From assembly GCA_045576755.1 (NCBI GenBank), contig JAZNHC010000159.1:1-60549 (forward strand): a stretch of 60,549 bases of DNA, in the 5' to 3' direction. Position 1 is the first letter of the stretch, and the number at the start of each line of letters is the position of its first letter. The stretch comes from Alistipes sp. (GTDB lineage: Bacteria > Bacteroidota > Bacteroidia > Bacteroidales > Rikenellaceae). This document shows positions 38,233-48,157 of the stretch, piece after piece. The notes beneath the pieces are model-generated. The model saw nothing but the letters and a program-made list of their open reading frames with translations. It had not been told where the DNA came from and searched no databases. The position numbers and the translations under genes were made by a program.

Positions 38233-40134
38233 ATGAAAAAATTGTTCCTTTTAGCAACAACGTTAGCTCTTTTTGCTACAACGTTTGCTGCACAACCGCG
38301 TGCAGAGTATCCTCGACCACAGTTCGAGCGCAGTGAGTGGGTGAACCTCAATGGCGAATGGACATACGAGCTCGACCTCGTAAACACCGGTTTTGACCGC
38401 AAACTATTCAATAGCAATGGTTTTGCCGACAAGATTATCGTTCCGTTCTGCCCCGAGAGTAAGCTTTCGGGTGTAGAGCATAAGGATATCATCACCGGCA
38501 TCTGGTATCACCGCACAATCCAGGCTCCTGCTGCGTGGTCAAACAAGAAGATTATGCTCCACTTCGGTGCCGTATACTACGAGGCAGAGATCTATGTGGA
38601 CGGCAACTATGTGGGTCGTCATTTCGGAGGATCATCGCCTTTTGCATTCGATGTCACATCTTTCCTCGCTGACGGCAAGGAACACAACCTTGTAGTTCGT
38701 GCCAACAGCGACCTCCGCGCAAAGGTGCAGGGCTCGGGCAAACAGTCGCTTCGTTCCTATTCGTATGGTTGTGTCTATACCCGTACAACAGGTATTTGGC
38801 AAACCGTATGGATGGAGGCTACCGACAAATATTCGCTTGATTATGTGCAGGTTATAACCGACATCGACAACCACCAGGTTATTGTTACTCCGCGCTACTA
38901 CCGCACAGCAGCATCGAACACCCTCACCGTCAATATCAAGGATGGCTCGAAGGTGATTGCCACAAAGAAGGTGGCTCAAGTGGAGGGTATGCCGATTGTC
39001 ATCCCTGTCAAAAACTATCAGACTTGGTCGCCTGAGAACCCAAAACTCTACAATGTGGAGTATATCATCCGCGACAAAGAGGGCAAACAGCTCGACCATA
39101 TTGCATCATATCTCGGTATGCGCAAGGTACACACCGACGGCAACAAGGTCTATCTCAACAATAAGCCTTACTATCAGCGACTTGTGCTCGACCAGGGATT
39201 CTACCCCGACGGCATCTGGACAGCACCAAGCGACGAGGCATTGCGACGCGATATAGAGATGTCGATGGAGGTCGGTTTCAATGGTGCTCGCCTGCACCAA
39301 AAGGTCTTCGAGGAGCGCTTCCTCTATTGGGCGGACAAGCTCGGCTACCTCGTTTGGGGAGAGTACGCAAGCTGGGGTATGGATGTATCGTCGCCCGCTT
39401 CGGCACGCAACTTCCTCTCCGAGTGGCAGGATATCCTCGTTCGTGACCGCAACCACCCATCAATCGTAACTTGGACTCCATTCAACGAGGCGTGGTATCC
39501 GGACAATGTTCAGTACCCTCGCTTTGTGAAGGATGTGTACGACCTCACACACGTAGTGGATCCTACACGCCCTGTAAATACCGTAAGTGGTGGTGCTATC
39601 ACCGAGGAGTACGACATCTGCGCTATGCACAACTACAAGCAGGATCCTGCAGAGCTCACAAAGACAACCTATAACCCTGAGACCGGTGAGTTCCGTCACA
39701 ACAAACCGCGCAAGATGACCATCTACAGACACTCGAGCGGCTGCCCTACAACAGGCGATGCAGTAAGTAAAGCTGAGTATCATCAGGCGGTATACGATGG
39801 TGAGCGCCCATACTTTATCGATGAGTTCGGAGGCATCAAGTGTCTCGAGGCGAACCCAACAAAAGATTTGGCAAGTGGTGCCACCAAGACCTCTTCGTGG
39901 GGCTATGGCAAGTCTGCTGTGACAAAGGAGGACTTCTACAAGCGTCTCGAGTCGCAGGTGGATGCTCTACTCTCGCTCAGCGATAAGGTTTGGGGCTACT
40001 GCTACACCCAGCTAACCGATGTCGAGCAGGAGGAGAATGGTCTTTTCCTCTTTGACCGTACACCTAAATACGACGCAGCTCGTCTGAGAGCTATATTTGG
40101 CAAAAATCCCGAAGTGACACCTGCACAAAAGTAG
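38233..40134 (+). CDS. GH2 glycoside hydrolase (beta-galactosidase/glucuronidase-like), secreted
   Basis: YPRPQF.R, LHFGAV, GIWQTVW, RDRNHPSI..W..FNE, DEFGG. Confidence 0.9.
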   Translation: MKKLFLLATTLALFATTFAAQPRAEYPRPQFERSEWVNLNGEWTYELDLVNTGFDRKLFNSNGFADKIIVPFCPESKLSGVEHKDIITGIWYHRTIQAPAAWSNKKIMLHFGAVYYEAEIYVDGNYVGRHFGGSSPFAFDVTSFLADGKEHNLVVRANSDLRAKVQGSGKQSLRSYSYGCVYTRTTGIWQTVWMEATDKYSLDYVQVITDIDNHQVIVTPRYYRTAASNTLTVNIKDGSKVIATKKVAQVEGMPIVIPVKNYQTWSPENPKLYNVEYIIRDKEGKQLDHIASYLGMRKVHTDGNKVYLNNKPYYQRLVLDQGFYPDGIWTAPSDEALRRDIEMSMEVGFNGARLHQKVFEERFLYWADKLGYLVWGEYASWGMDVSSPASARNFLSEWQDILVRDRNHPSIVTWTPFNEAWYPDNVQYPRFVKDVYDLTHVVDPTRPVNTVSGGAITEEYDICAMHNYKQDPAELTKTTYNPETGEFRHNKPRKMTIYRHSSGCPTTGDAVSKAEYHQAVYDGERPYFIDEFGGIKCLEANPTKDLASGATKTSSWGYGKSAVTKEDFYKRLESQVDALLSLSDKVWGYCYTQLTDVEQEENGLFLFDRTPKYDAARLRAIFGKNPEVTPAQK

Positions 40135-40162
40135 TTCTTGGGCTACAAAAGCCTGTCATCAT

Positions 40163-40194
40163 CGCCCCATCTCCGAAAGAGTGGGGCGTTTTTT
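40163..40194 (+). terminator. Intrinsic terminator
   Basis: CGCCCCATCTC-CGAAA-GAGTGGGGCG-TTTTTT. Confidence 0.85.
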
Positions 40195-40253
40195 ATAAGA
40201 AAAAATCTCCGTTTTTATCTGTTTTTCAGCTATTTTCTACGATTTTTCGAACA

Positions 40254-40299
40254 ATTTTGCATTTTGAATTTTGCATTTTGAATTTTATTCGTACCTTTG
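40254..40299 (+). promoter_or_regulatory. tRNA-Glu/rpsT promoter with (ATTTTGM)x4 repeat and TACCTTTG -7 element
   Basis: Heptamers 40254-40281 supply TTTG; TACCTTTG at 40292-40299. Confidence 0.7.
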
Positions 40300-40334
40300 C
40301 ACCGCTAAATACCCCCGTAGGGTTATAGCGGTAA

Positions 40335-40406
40335 GGCCCGTTCGTCTATCGGCTAGGACGCAAGATTTTCATTCTTGAAAGACGAGTTCGACTCTCGTAC
40401 GGGCTA
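40335..40406 (+). tRNA. tRNA-Glu(TTC)
   Basis: Acceptor GGCCCGT/ACGGGCT; anticodon stem CAAGA/TCTTG with TTC; GTTCGAC T-loop; CCA not encoded. Confidence 0.96.
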
Positions 40407-40557
40407 CACGGAGTGGTTCAACCATTATTTTAGGAGAGGACATATTGGTCTATCCGAAACCGACCAAGGTCGTGTAGAAAGAGCCGAAGGAGGGGGCTCT
40501 CAAAAAACCTCATTAAATTTGAAAATTAGTAATAAAAACGAATAAAAAAAGAGAACT

Positions 40558-40809
40558 ATGGCAAATCACAAGTCATCGGAGAAGAGAATCCGCCAGACAG
40601 CTACAAAGCGTGCACACAACCGTCTTTATCACAAGACTACCCGTAACGCTATCAAGGCTCTCCGCAACACTACAGAGAAGAGCGCTGCCGAGGCTTTGCT
40701 TCCAAAGGTAACAGCTATGCTCGACAAATTGGCTAAGACCAACATCATCCACAAGAACAAGGCTGCTAACCTTAAGAGCGCAGCTCAGTTGCACGTAAAC
40801 GCACTCTAA
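40558..40809 (+). CDS. rpsT: 30S ribosomal protein S20
   Basis: MANHKSS.KRIRQ...[12 protein letters not shown]. Confidence 0.98.
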   Translation: MANHKSSEKRIRQTATKRAHNRLYHKTTRNAIKALRNTTEKSAAEALLPKVTAMLDKLAKTNIIHKNKAANLKSAAQLHVNAL

Positions 40810-40833
40810 TCAGGCGTTTGCAACAGTTAAGAT

Positions 40834-40864
40834 AACGGACGATCCGAAAAGGGTGGTCCGTTTC
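40834..40864 (+). terminator. Intrinsic terminator
   Basis: AACGGAC..TCC-GAAAA-GGG..GTCCGTTT. Confidence 0.7.
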
Positions 40865-40898
40865 TCTTATAAAGCACAACTGTCCAAACCATAGAAAT

Positions 40899-41714
40899 AT
40901 GAAAAACCCGAAGTTTCTTGCTCTTTTAACCGCAGCAACGCTTGTCTGCACATCGCTCTACGCCCAGGTGTTCCCTACCGGACGTGAACTCTCGTTTGGG
41001 CTGCAAGCCCACCGCGGACTCTCGCACCGCTATCCCGAAAATTCGATTCCGGCCTTCCGCGAAGCGGGCAAGGTCGATATCTTTTGGGGTATGGAGACCG
41101 ACGTGCAGATGACATCCGACGGGGTGTTGGTTTGTATGCACGACAACACTTTGGACCGCACCACAAACGCCACCGGCAAAGTTTCGGACTACACCTGGAG
41201 GGAGCTTAGCAAGTTTCGCATCGATGGCGGAACAGGCTGGAATAGCCGCTACGAGGGCAAACTCCGCATTCCAACCTTCGCGCAGTATCTTAAAATCTGC
41301 AAGAAGTACAACTTGGTGCCATACGTTGAGTTGAAGTTGCTCACCCACGAAGGTGTAAAGATGACTATCGAAATGCTCCACGATATGGGTTTCGAGGGTA
41401 AATATGTCCTTACATCGTTCCATTGGGACTACCTCGAGGTAGCAGCACTCTATAGTAACGCACCTCTCGAATATATGCGTGGTCGCTGGACTACCGAGAT
41501 GGTAGATGGATTGAAGGGCGTTAAAAATTGTGTTATTCGTCCATCGTCCAAACGACTTACGAAGGAGTTTGTGGAGTACTGCCACTCGCAGGGTTTCGTC
41601 GTCGAATGTTACGGCATCAAGGTTGGCAATGCCGAGTTGGTATCACGCCTGCGTGAGTGGGGCGTAAGAGGTGGCACCTGCAACGATTGGAAGGAGTTGG
41701 GTCTCGATAAATAG
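40899..41714 (+). CDS. Glycerophosphodiester phosphodiesterase family, secreted
   Basis: AHRG, PENS..AF, ETDVQ.T.DG...CMHD..LDRTTN. Confidence 0.9.
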   Translation: MKNPKFLALLTAATLVCTSLYAQVFPTGRELSFGLQAHRGLSHRYPENSIPAFREAGKVDIFWGMETDVQMTSDGVLVCMHDNTLDRTTNATGKVSDYTWRELSKFRIDGGTGWNSRYEGKLRIPTFAQYLKICKKYNLVPYVELKLLTHEGVKMTIEMLHDMGFEGKYVLTSFHWDYLEVAALYSNAPLEYMRGRWTTEMVDGLKGVKNCVIRPSSKRLTKEFVEYCHSQGFVVECYGIKVGNAELVSRLREWGVRGGTCNDWKELGLDK

Positions 41715-41763
41715 TAAATGATAGGGGTGTTTTTCGGGCAAGGCAGATGCATAAAGAGTCTTG

Positions 41764-43212
41764 TTAGGCAGACCCATTTTTTCTGTTGTAGGAGAGAAGT
41801 TGCAATCCTACAACGGTGAAGAGAGCATTTACCAGCAGTAGCTCGAAGCCAAATTGGTAGCCACCAAACCACGCCTGCGAACGGTTGTCGAGTACAAAAC
41901 ACAACAGCGGCGATAGGAGAGCCACCACGGGCACCCATCTATCGCGCACCCGACGTTTCGAGAAGATGCCATAGGCAAACATTCCGAGCAGAGGTCCATA
42001 CGTATAACTTCCCAAGCGGTAGAATAGCTCTATTGCGCTATCACTACCCCATCGCTCAAAGATAAAGACCAGCAATAGCACCACTGTCGCCATAGCGAGG
42101 TGTACAAGATTGTACGCTTTCTCGCTTTTGCCCTCTGCTTTTTGTTGTTTTTGACGTAAAATATCGACTGTAAACGAGGTTGTTAAAGCGGTAAGCGAAC
42201 CTCCCGTAGATGAGAAGGTTGCCGCCACAACACCCAAAACAAGCAATGCACCCATAACTGTCGGCATACCCTCGCGCGAGGCGATAAAGGCAAACGCATC
42301 GTCTGCCTTCACATCCGTTACGCCGCTCTCACCAATATAGAGGAAGAATATTGCCCCCAACACAAGTAACAAGGCGATCAGCAAGACTTGACAAACGGAC
42401 GAGAGAACCATATTACGCTGTGCCGAACGCAACGAATCGCTACTCAGCACCCTCTGCATAAGGTCTTGGTCGAGTCCGGTGGATGCGATAACCATAAATA
42501 CGCCCGAGAGAAACATCTTCACGAAGTAACGACCATCGTTCACATCCTCCACAAAGAAGGTCTTGGTCAGCCCCCTCTCCGAAGCCATCCTCAACGCCTC
42601 GACAAAGGAGATATCGAGTGAGCGAAGCACAAAGAATATAGATATGACCGCACACGAAATCATACATACGGTCTTTATAAGATCTGCCCAAATCACCGAT
42701 GATAGCCCTCCACGATGAGTATAGAGCCACGTCAGCACCATAAACAATGAGGCTGTAACCCAAAATGGCACCCCGAGAGAGTTGCACAAAAGATGCTGCA
42801 GCACCATACACACCACATAGACGCGCAAAGATGCGGTTAGCACCTTCGACACCAAGAAAAACCACGCTCCCGTAGCGTGGCTACTCATACCAAAGCGGTT
42901 GTCGAGATATTCGTACAAGGAGGTTACATTGTGACGATAGTAGAGTGGCACCAACCCATAAGCAATCACTGCGTAGGCGACCACAACTCCCAAATTGAGT
43001 TGCAGATACGAAAAGGAGTCGTGCCCAACCGAGCCGGGTATCGAGATAAATGTTATGCCCGTCATCGGTGCGCTCACCAATGCCAAGAGCACCAACCAGC
43101 GAGGGTGTTTGCGCTGCTTCAGCCCCACGTTGTTGCTACCCGAAAGTCGCGCCACAACAAAGAGCAACGCGATATAGGCAACAATTACGGAAAGGGTCAG
43201 TAGCTCCTTCAT
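41764..43212 (-). CDS. Sodium:solute symporter
   Basis: Multi-TM; GITFISIPG, YEYL..RFG, GLDQDLMQR, YTYGPLLG. Confidence 0.9.
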   Translation of the reverse strand: MKELLTLSVIVAYIALLFVVARLSGSNNVGLKQRKHPRWLVLLALVSAPMTGITFISIPGSVGHDSFSYLQLNLGVVVAYAVIAYGLVPLYYRHNVTSLYEYLDNRFGMSSHATGAWFFLVSKVLTASLRVYVVCMVLQHLLCNSLGVPFWVTASLFMVLTWLYTHRGGLSSVIWADLIKTVCMISCAVISIFFVLRSLDISFVEALRMASERGLTKTFFVEDVNDGRYFVKMFLSGVFMVIASTGLDQDLMQRVLSSDSLRSAQRNMVLSSVCQVLLIALLLVLGAIFFLYIGESGVTDVKADDAFAFIASREGMPTVMGALLVLGVVAATFSSTGGSLTALTTSFTVDILRQKQQKAEGKSEKAYNLVHLAMATVVLLLVFIFERWGSDSAIELFYRLGSYTYGPLLGMFAYGIFSKRRVRDRWVPVVALLSPLLCFVLDNRSQAWFGGYQFGFELLLVNALFTVVGLQLLSYNRKNGSA

Positions 43213-43227
43213 CCTTGAGCAATTTTT

Positions 43228-44433
43228 TTAGAGTCTGTCGAGTACTCGACGAATGATATCCACGCTCTCACGAATTTCATCGTCCGATATCGTAAGCGGA
43301 GGTGAGATGCGGAACGCCGTAGCGCAATAGAGGAACCAATCACTCAGAATACCCTCCTCCTTGAACATCTCCATAACCCTGAAGAGTCGCTCCTCGGTTC
43401 CAAGTTCCACAGCAAGCAACAAGCCACTGCGACGAATTTCCAATACGGCAGAGTGGTCGCGTAAAAGCTCCTCGTATAATGCACCCTTGCGCTCGACATC
43501 GGCAACAATGTTGTTCTTCTTGAGGTAGCGGAAGGCCGCCAAACCTGCGGCACAGCATACCGGATGTCCGCCAAAAGTGGTGATATGTCCGAGCGTAGGG
43601 TTATCCTGCAATGAATCCATAATCTGCTTCGACGCTACGAAAGCACCGAGAGGCATACCCCCTCCAAAAGCCTTCGCGAGGGTAATTATGTCGGGCGTCA
43701 CACCATACTTGGAGCAAGCGAACATCTCGCCTGTACGTCCCATACCTGTCTGTATCTCGTCGAAGATGAGAAGCGCACCCACCTCGTCGCATCGCTTGCG
43801 CAAAGCTTGCAAGTAGCCCTCCTTCGGAGGACGCACTCCGGCCTCGCCCTGCACAGGTTCGCACAGCACACAGGCGGTACGTTCGGTGATCTGCTCTAAG
43901 TCCTCGAACGAATTGAAATCCAACGCCTTGCAGTCGGGCAAAAGAGGACGAAAGGCATTTTTCCACTCTTCGCCTTCGGGCTCACCCATCATACTCATCG
44001 CTCCGTGCGTCGAGCCGTGATAGGCGCGGCGCATCGAGATCATCTCGGTACGATGTGTATATCTCTTTGCCAACTTCAGCGCTCCCTCGACAGCCTCGGC
44101 TCCCGAATTGAGGAAATAGACACTCTCCAACCCATCGGGTAGTGCTTCGGCAATTTCGACGGCATACTCCACCTGTGGTCGTTCGACCATCTCGTCATAG
44201 ACCATAATGTGCATATAGTTTACCGCCTGCTGCTGCACAGCCTCGATAACTTCGCTGTTGGCGTGTCCGACATTGCTCACCGACACACCCGAAACGAGGT
44301 CGAAATATCGCTTTCCCGAAGGGGTATAAAAGAAAACTCCTTCGGCACGCTCCACCTCTATCAATAGAGGCGAGGGGGAGGTCTGTGCTACATTTGCAAG
44401 AAACTGACGACGAAGAATATGTGAATTTGACAT
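43228..44433 (-). CDS. Class III PLP-dependent aminotransferase (ArgD-like)
   Basis: NSGAEAVE.A.K, YHGST, EPVQGE, DEIQTG.GRTG, LAKAFGGG, TTFGG. Confidence 0.9.
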   Translation of the reverse strand: MSNSHILRRQFLANVAQTSPSPLLIEVERAEGVFFYTPSGKRYFDLVSGVSVSNVGHANSEVIEAVQQQAVNYMHIMVYDEMVERPQVEYAVEIAEALPDGLESVYFLNSGAEAVEGALKLAKRYTHRTEMISMRRAYHGSTHGAMSMMGEPEGEEWKNAFRPLLPDCKALDFNSFEDLEQITERTACVLCEPVQGEAGVRPPKEGYLQALRKRCDEVGALLIFDEIQTGMGRTGEMFACSKYGVTPDIITLAKAFGGGMPLGAFVASKQIMDSLQDNPTLGHITTFGGHPVCCAAGLAAFRYLKKNNIVADVERKGALYEELLRDHSAVLEIRRSGLLLAVELGTEERLFRVMEMFKEEGILSDWFLYCATAFRISPPLTISDDEIRESVDIIRRVLDRL

Positions 44434-44482
44434 AGTTTTTGTTTTTTACTTTTCTGATTTTGGCGTTATCCTCTAACTCCTT

Positions 44483-45193
44483 CTACTCCAACTCAATGGT
44501 TTTGAAGAACTGCGGAGAGTGGAAGTCGGGCTTTGGTGTTGGCACCGGTTGCCACGAAATAAAGTGAGGCTGCTCGGGGCGATTGCCACATTTGTAGAGG
44601 TTTGCCGTAAGCTTCAAGCCATCCCAACTCTCCAACTTGTGCTGATGACAAATGGATATCGGCAGCACCATTGTCAGCGACCAACTGTTATCGCCCTCGC
44701 GTATTCCGAACGCCTCGCGACCAAGCGTGGTTATGCGCTCCACCTGCGAGAGAATCTCCTCACCGGCGCGGATAGCATTCTTTCGCGGCTCGGGATAGTA
44801 GGCGATGAGCATATAGCCAATGCAGTTCATCTCGACTGTATAGTAGGTCTTGCCATCAAGCGAGAAGTAGAACTCACACGCCGAATCGGTCCAAATATCG
44901 CCACTATCATCTGCGTAGCGCGCAAATGTCAGCTGCTCGCGAACATCGAAGCGCATATATAGCTTGTCGCCCGTATGGAAGGCGCGGAACTCCGTTTCGG
45001 GAAAGTCAGGAAACTCGGCACACCAATTTCCGCAGGCTATCTTCTCGGGAGCCACCTCGGCAAACACCTCGTCGAGTGTGCGTCCCGCCAACTCCTTCTT
45101 AGAAATCCTCAACGCCACATTATCCTCTTCGTGCTGGCACGATGTGGCAGCAAACATTGCCATTGCCAAAAAGGCAAACAAAAATCTCTTCAT
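44483..45193 (-). CDS. CBM9-like lipoprotein
   Basis: Lipobox ATSC; WTDS.CEF, ANLYKCG, PDFH.P.FF. Confidence 0.8.
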   Translation of the reverse strand: MKRFLFAFLAMAMFAATSCQHEEDNVALRISKKELAGRTLDEVFAEVAPEKIACGNWCAEFPDFPETEFRAFHTGDKLYMRFDVREQLTFARYADDSGDIWTDSACEFYFSLDGKTYYTVEMNCIGYMLIAYYPEPRKNAIRAGEEILSQVERITTLGREAFGIREGDNSWSLTMVLPISICHQHKLESWDGLKLTANLYKCGNRPEQPHFISWQPVPTPKPDFHSPQFFKTIELE

Positions 45194-45231
45194 TGTTATA
45201 TAGGTTTTTAGGTTATACTATATACTACCTA

Positions 45232-45239
45232 CAAAGATA
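45232..45239 (-). promoter_or_regulatory. -7 promoter element of the leftward operon
   Basis: TATCTTTG on the minus strand. Confidence 0.65.
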
Positions 45240-45318
45240 GATAAAATTCTTGATTTAGCGCAATCATATACCGCGACAACAATAATGTTTGATTTTTCTA
45301 CCATAAAAATTTGGGGAA

Positions 45319-45336
45319 TTATCCATAAATGGATAA
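45319..45336. promoter_or_regulatory. Perfect palindrome, candidate operator
   Basis: TTATCCAT-AA-ATGGATAA overlapping the -7-like TAACTTTA. Confidence 0.55.
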
Positions 45337-45388
45337 CTTTACAAATTGAAAAGCAAACCAACAAAAACACATACCCTAAAATAACAAA

Positions 45389-46753
45389 ATGAAACGTATT
45401 CTTGCCTCCCTAACTTTAGCAGTTGTGCTCATCCTTTCGGCTCGAGCACAGTCGCCCGAGGCCATACGAGCGAGTCTGGCAAAATATCCCAACCTTGCCT
45501 ACCCTACAGCCTCGACCTACCCGAGTGTTCCGCTTGGCGAAATTGCAACGGCTCCCGAGGACTTTGAGCCCTTCTACTTTACGATAGTTGGTCGTCACGG
45601 TTCGCGATATGAGCAGAAAGGTTCTCGTTTCAACCGATTGTGCGCAATACTCAACAAGGCTCACGAATTGGGCATCCTGACCAAGGATGGTGAGCTGCTG
45701 CGTAAGCGTGCAAGGGCTATTGCCGAAGCACAAGTGGGCCGCGATGGAGAACTTTCGGATTTGGGCGCAGATCAGTGGCGCGGCATTGCACATCGTGCCT
45801 ACAACCACTTCTCGAAGGTCTTTGATGGTGGCTCTATCGAGGGAAAGTCAAGCACCTCGTTGCGTTGTCTGCTATCGATGGTGGCTTTCAACGATGGAAT
45901 GAAGGAGAAGAATCCGCAAATCAGAATATATCAACAGGCACGCGCCAGCGAATTGTGGATAGTACGCCCATTGGCAAACAATCCTGCTGTGTCGAAGATG
46001 GCGAAAGATATCTGCGCCGACTACGTCAAGAAGGGCGAGTGGACAAAGGCTAAAAAGGCGTGGGAGCGGGAGTACGACGCTTCGACGTTTCTCTCAAAAA
46101 TCACCACCGACCCGGATCGCCTTCTCGAAGAGTGCGAGGGAAAGAGGGGTGCAAGGGTGTTGCGCTACTCTTTTGTTACGCTACTCTTTGGCGAGAACTT
46201 CGGACTGGGTGACCGCGAACTGCTCAATCGTCTCTTCACGCTCGACGACTTGTACTTCATCTATATCTATCAGACCTGCCAATGGGTAAACAGCTCGATT
46301 GGTCGTGGCAACGAAATAGTCGAGGCGCGTCAGTCGCATATGGAGGCGATGATATTGGATATCATAAACAAGGGCAACGAAGCTATCGAGGGCAAGAACC
46401 CCCACGTTGCCAACCTCCGTTTCACTCACGATTCGTATGTTGGTCCACTGCTCTCGGCCTTTGGTTACGAAGGTTGCGTACCGCAGTGGAACGAGGATAT
46501 CGAGATAGCCACAACATCGTTCAACCACGGTTTGAATGTACCTATGGCTGCAAACTTGCAGATTGTGCTCTACCGCAACAGGGCGGGCAAGGTCTTTGTT
46601 CGCTCACTCATAAACGAGCGTGATGCTACGCTGCCTATCAAGTGCGATAGCGCCCCATTCTATCCTTGGGATAAGTTCTGCAAATTTGTGATGAACAACC
46701 TAACAACATTGAAGAGATCGGAAGAAAATATTTTGAAAAAAGCGAATAAGTAA
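45389..46753 (+). CDS. Histidine acid phosphatase (phytase/MINPP-like), secreted
   Basis: RHGSR and RFTHD motifs; PMAANLQ. Confidence 0.88.
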   Translation: MKRILASLTLAVVLILSARAQSPEAIRASLAKYPNLAYPTASTYPSVPLGEIATAPEDFEPFYFTIVGRHGSRYEQKGSRFNRLCAILNKAHELGILTKDGELLRKRARAIAEAQVGRDGELSDLGADQWRGIAHRAYNHFSKVFDGGSIEGKSSTSLRCLLSMVAFNDGMKEKNPQIRIYQQARASELWIVRPLANNPAVSKMAKDICADYVKKGEWTKAKKAWEREYDASTFLSKITTDPDRLLEECEGKRGARVLRYSFVTLLFGENFGLGDRELLNRLFTLDDLYFIYIYQTCQWVNSSIGRGNEIVEARQSHMEAMILDIINKGNEAIEGKNPHVANLRFTHDSYVGPLLSAFGYEGCVPQWNEDIEIATTSFNHGLNVPMAANLQIVLYRNRAGKVFVRSLINERDATLPIKCDSAPFYPWDKFCKFVMNNLTTLKRSEENILKKANK

Positions 46754-48135
46754 TGGCTGTAGAGAATAGTTCGACAGGATATATCGACAAGATTGTCGAG
46801 GCACAACGCACCCTCTTTCGCAGTGGTGCCACACTCGACATCGATTTCCGCAAGAAGATGTTAAATCGCCTGCTCGAGGCGTTGAAAATGTGGGAGAAGC
46901 CTCTCACCGATGCGCTGTGGCAGGATCTGCACAAGTCATATGAGGAGGCGTATATGACCGAGATAAGCATTATTCTCGGCGAGATACACAACCACCTCAA
47001 ACACCTCGCATCGTGGGCAGCACCAAAGAGAGTTTCATCGCCGTTGAAGATGTTTCCATCGCGCTGTCGCACCGTGAGCGATCCGCTCGGAAATACACTT
47101 ATTATTGCCCCGTGGAACTATCCGGTGCAACTGCTGTTAAATCCGCTCGTCGGAGCAATATCGGCAGGATGTACAGCCATTCTGAAGCCGTCACCATACG
47201 TGCCTAACGTGTCGTTGGTGCTGGAACAGATGATAGACTACGCCTTCGACGAGAACTACATCGCCATCGTGCAAGGCAACCGCGATGTCAATCGCTACCT
47301 CCTCGAACAGCGTTTCGATATGATATTCTTCACGGGTAGCCCCGTACTCGGACGACAAGTAATGGAGGCGGCTGCGAAAAATCTTACCCCTGTGGTTCTC
47401 GAACTCGGAGGAAAGAGCCCTTGCATCGTGGATAAGGAGGCAAATATCAAGGTTGCAGCCAAGCGCATTGCCTGGGGAAAATCACTCAATGCCGGTCAGA
47501 CCTGCATTGCACCCGACTATCTGCTTGTACACCAAGACGTAAAGGAGCAATTTATAGTCGAACTCCAGAAGGCATTCCGCTCTCTGCTCGGCAAAAAACC
47601 ACAAAAAAGCAAGCACTTTGTCCGCATCGTGTCGGATAAGGCGTTTGACCGTCTGGTGGGCTATCTCGACAACGGAGTGATACGTTTTGGTGGCGAACAT
47701 ATTCGCGAAGAGCGATTTATTGCCCCTACATTGTTGGACAACGTGTCGCCCGATGCCCCTGTGATGCAGGAGGAGATCTTCGGACCTATATTCCCGCTCA
47801 TTACCTTTGCCGATACCGAGCGAGCTATAGAGTTTGTCACCGATCGCGAAAAGCCGTTGGCGCTCTACTACTTCGGTGCAACAGACAAGGGCAAGGAGGT
47901 GCTTCGTCGTACATCGTCGGGCGGAGCCTGCATAAACGATGTGATTATGCATATTGCCAACGAAAATATGCCTTTTGGCGGTGTCGGAAATTCGGGAATG
48001 GGCGCATATCACGGCGAAGAGAGCTTCAAGGTCTTTTCACACCGCAAAACGGTTGTCTCGACCACTACACGCATCGATGTTCCTTTCCGATATATGCCAT
48101 ATAGGCTATTCTCACTGATTAAGAAACTGATGTAG
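46753..48135 (+). CDS. Aldehyde dehydrogenase (ALDH3-like)
   Basis: PWNYP, FTGS, LELGGKSP, NAGQTCIAPDY, EEIFGP; TAATG coupling. Confidence 0.95.
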   Translation: MAVENSSTGYIDKIVEAQRTLFRSGATLDIDFRKKMLNRLLEALKMWEKPLTDALWQDLHKSYEEAYMTEISIILGEIHNHLKHLASWAAPKRVSSPLKMFPSRCRTVSDPLGNTLIIAPWNYPVQLLLNPLVGAISAGCTAILKPSPYVPNVSLVLEQMIDYAFDENYIAIVQGNRDVNRYLLEQRFDMIFFTGSPVLGRQVMEAAAKNLTPVVLELGGKSPCIVDKEANIKVAAKRIAWGKSLNAGQTCIAPDYLLVHQDVKEQFIVELQKAFRSLLGKKPQKSKHFVRIVSDKAFDRLVGYLDNGVIRFGGEHIREERFIAPTLLDNVSPDAPVMQEEIFGPIFPLITFADTERAIEFVTDREKPLALYYFGATDKGKEVLRRTSSGGACINDVIMHIANENMPFGGVGNSGMGAYHGEESFKVFSHRKTVVSTTTRIDVPFRYMPYRLFSLIKKLM

Positions 48136-48157
48136 CACAACCCTAAAAACTTTTAAG

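Noticed and set aside
40432-40502. Glycine-riboswitch-like words (GGAGAG, GCCGAAGGAG, CTCTCA)
   Set aside because: The GG after CTCTCA needed to close P3 is absent, and rpsT is not a glycine gene; kept only as a generic structured leader
45194-45388. oriC candidate based on DnaA-box-like words
   Set aside because: Only two imperfect boxes in a short region; no other origin hallmarks
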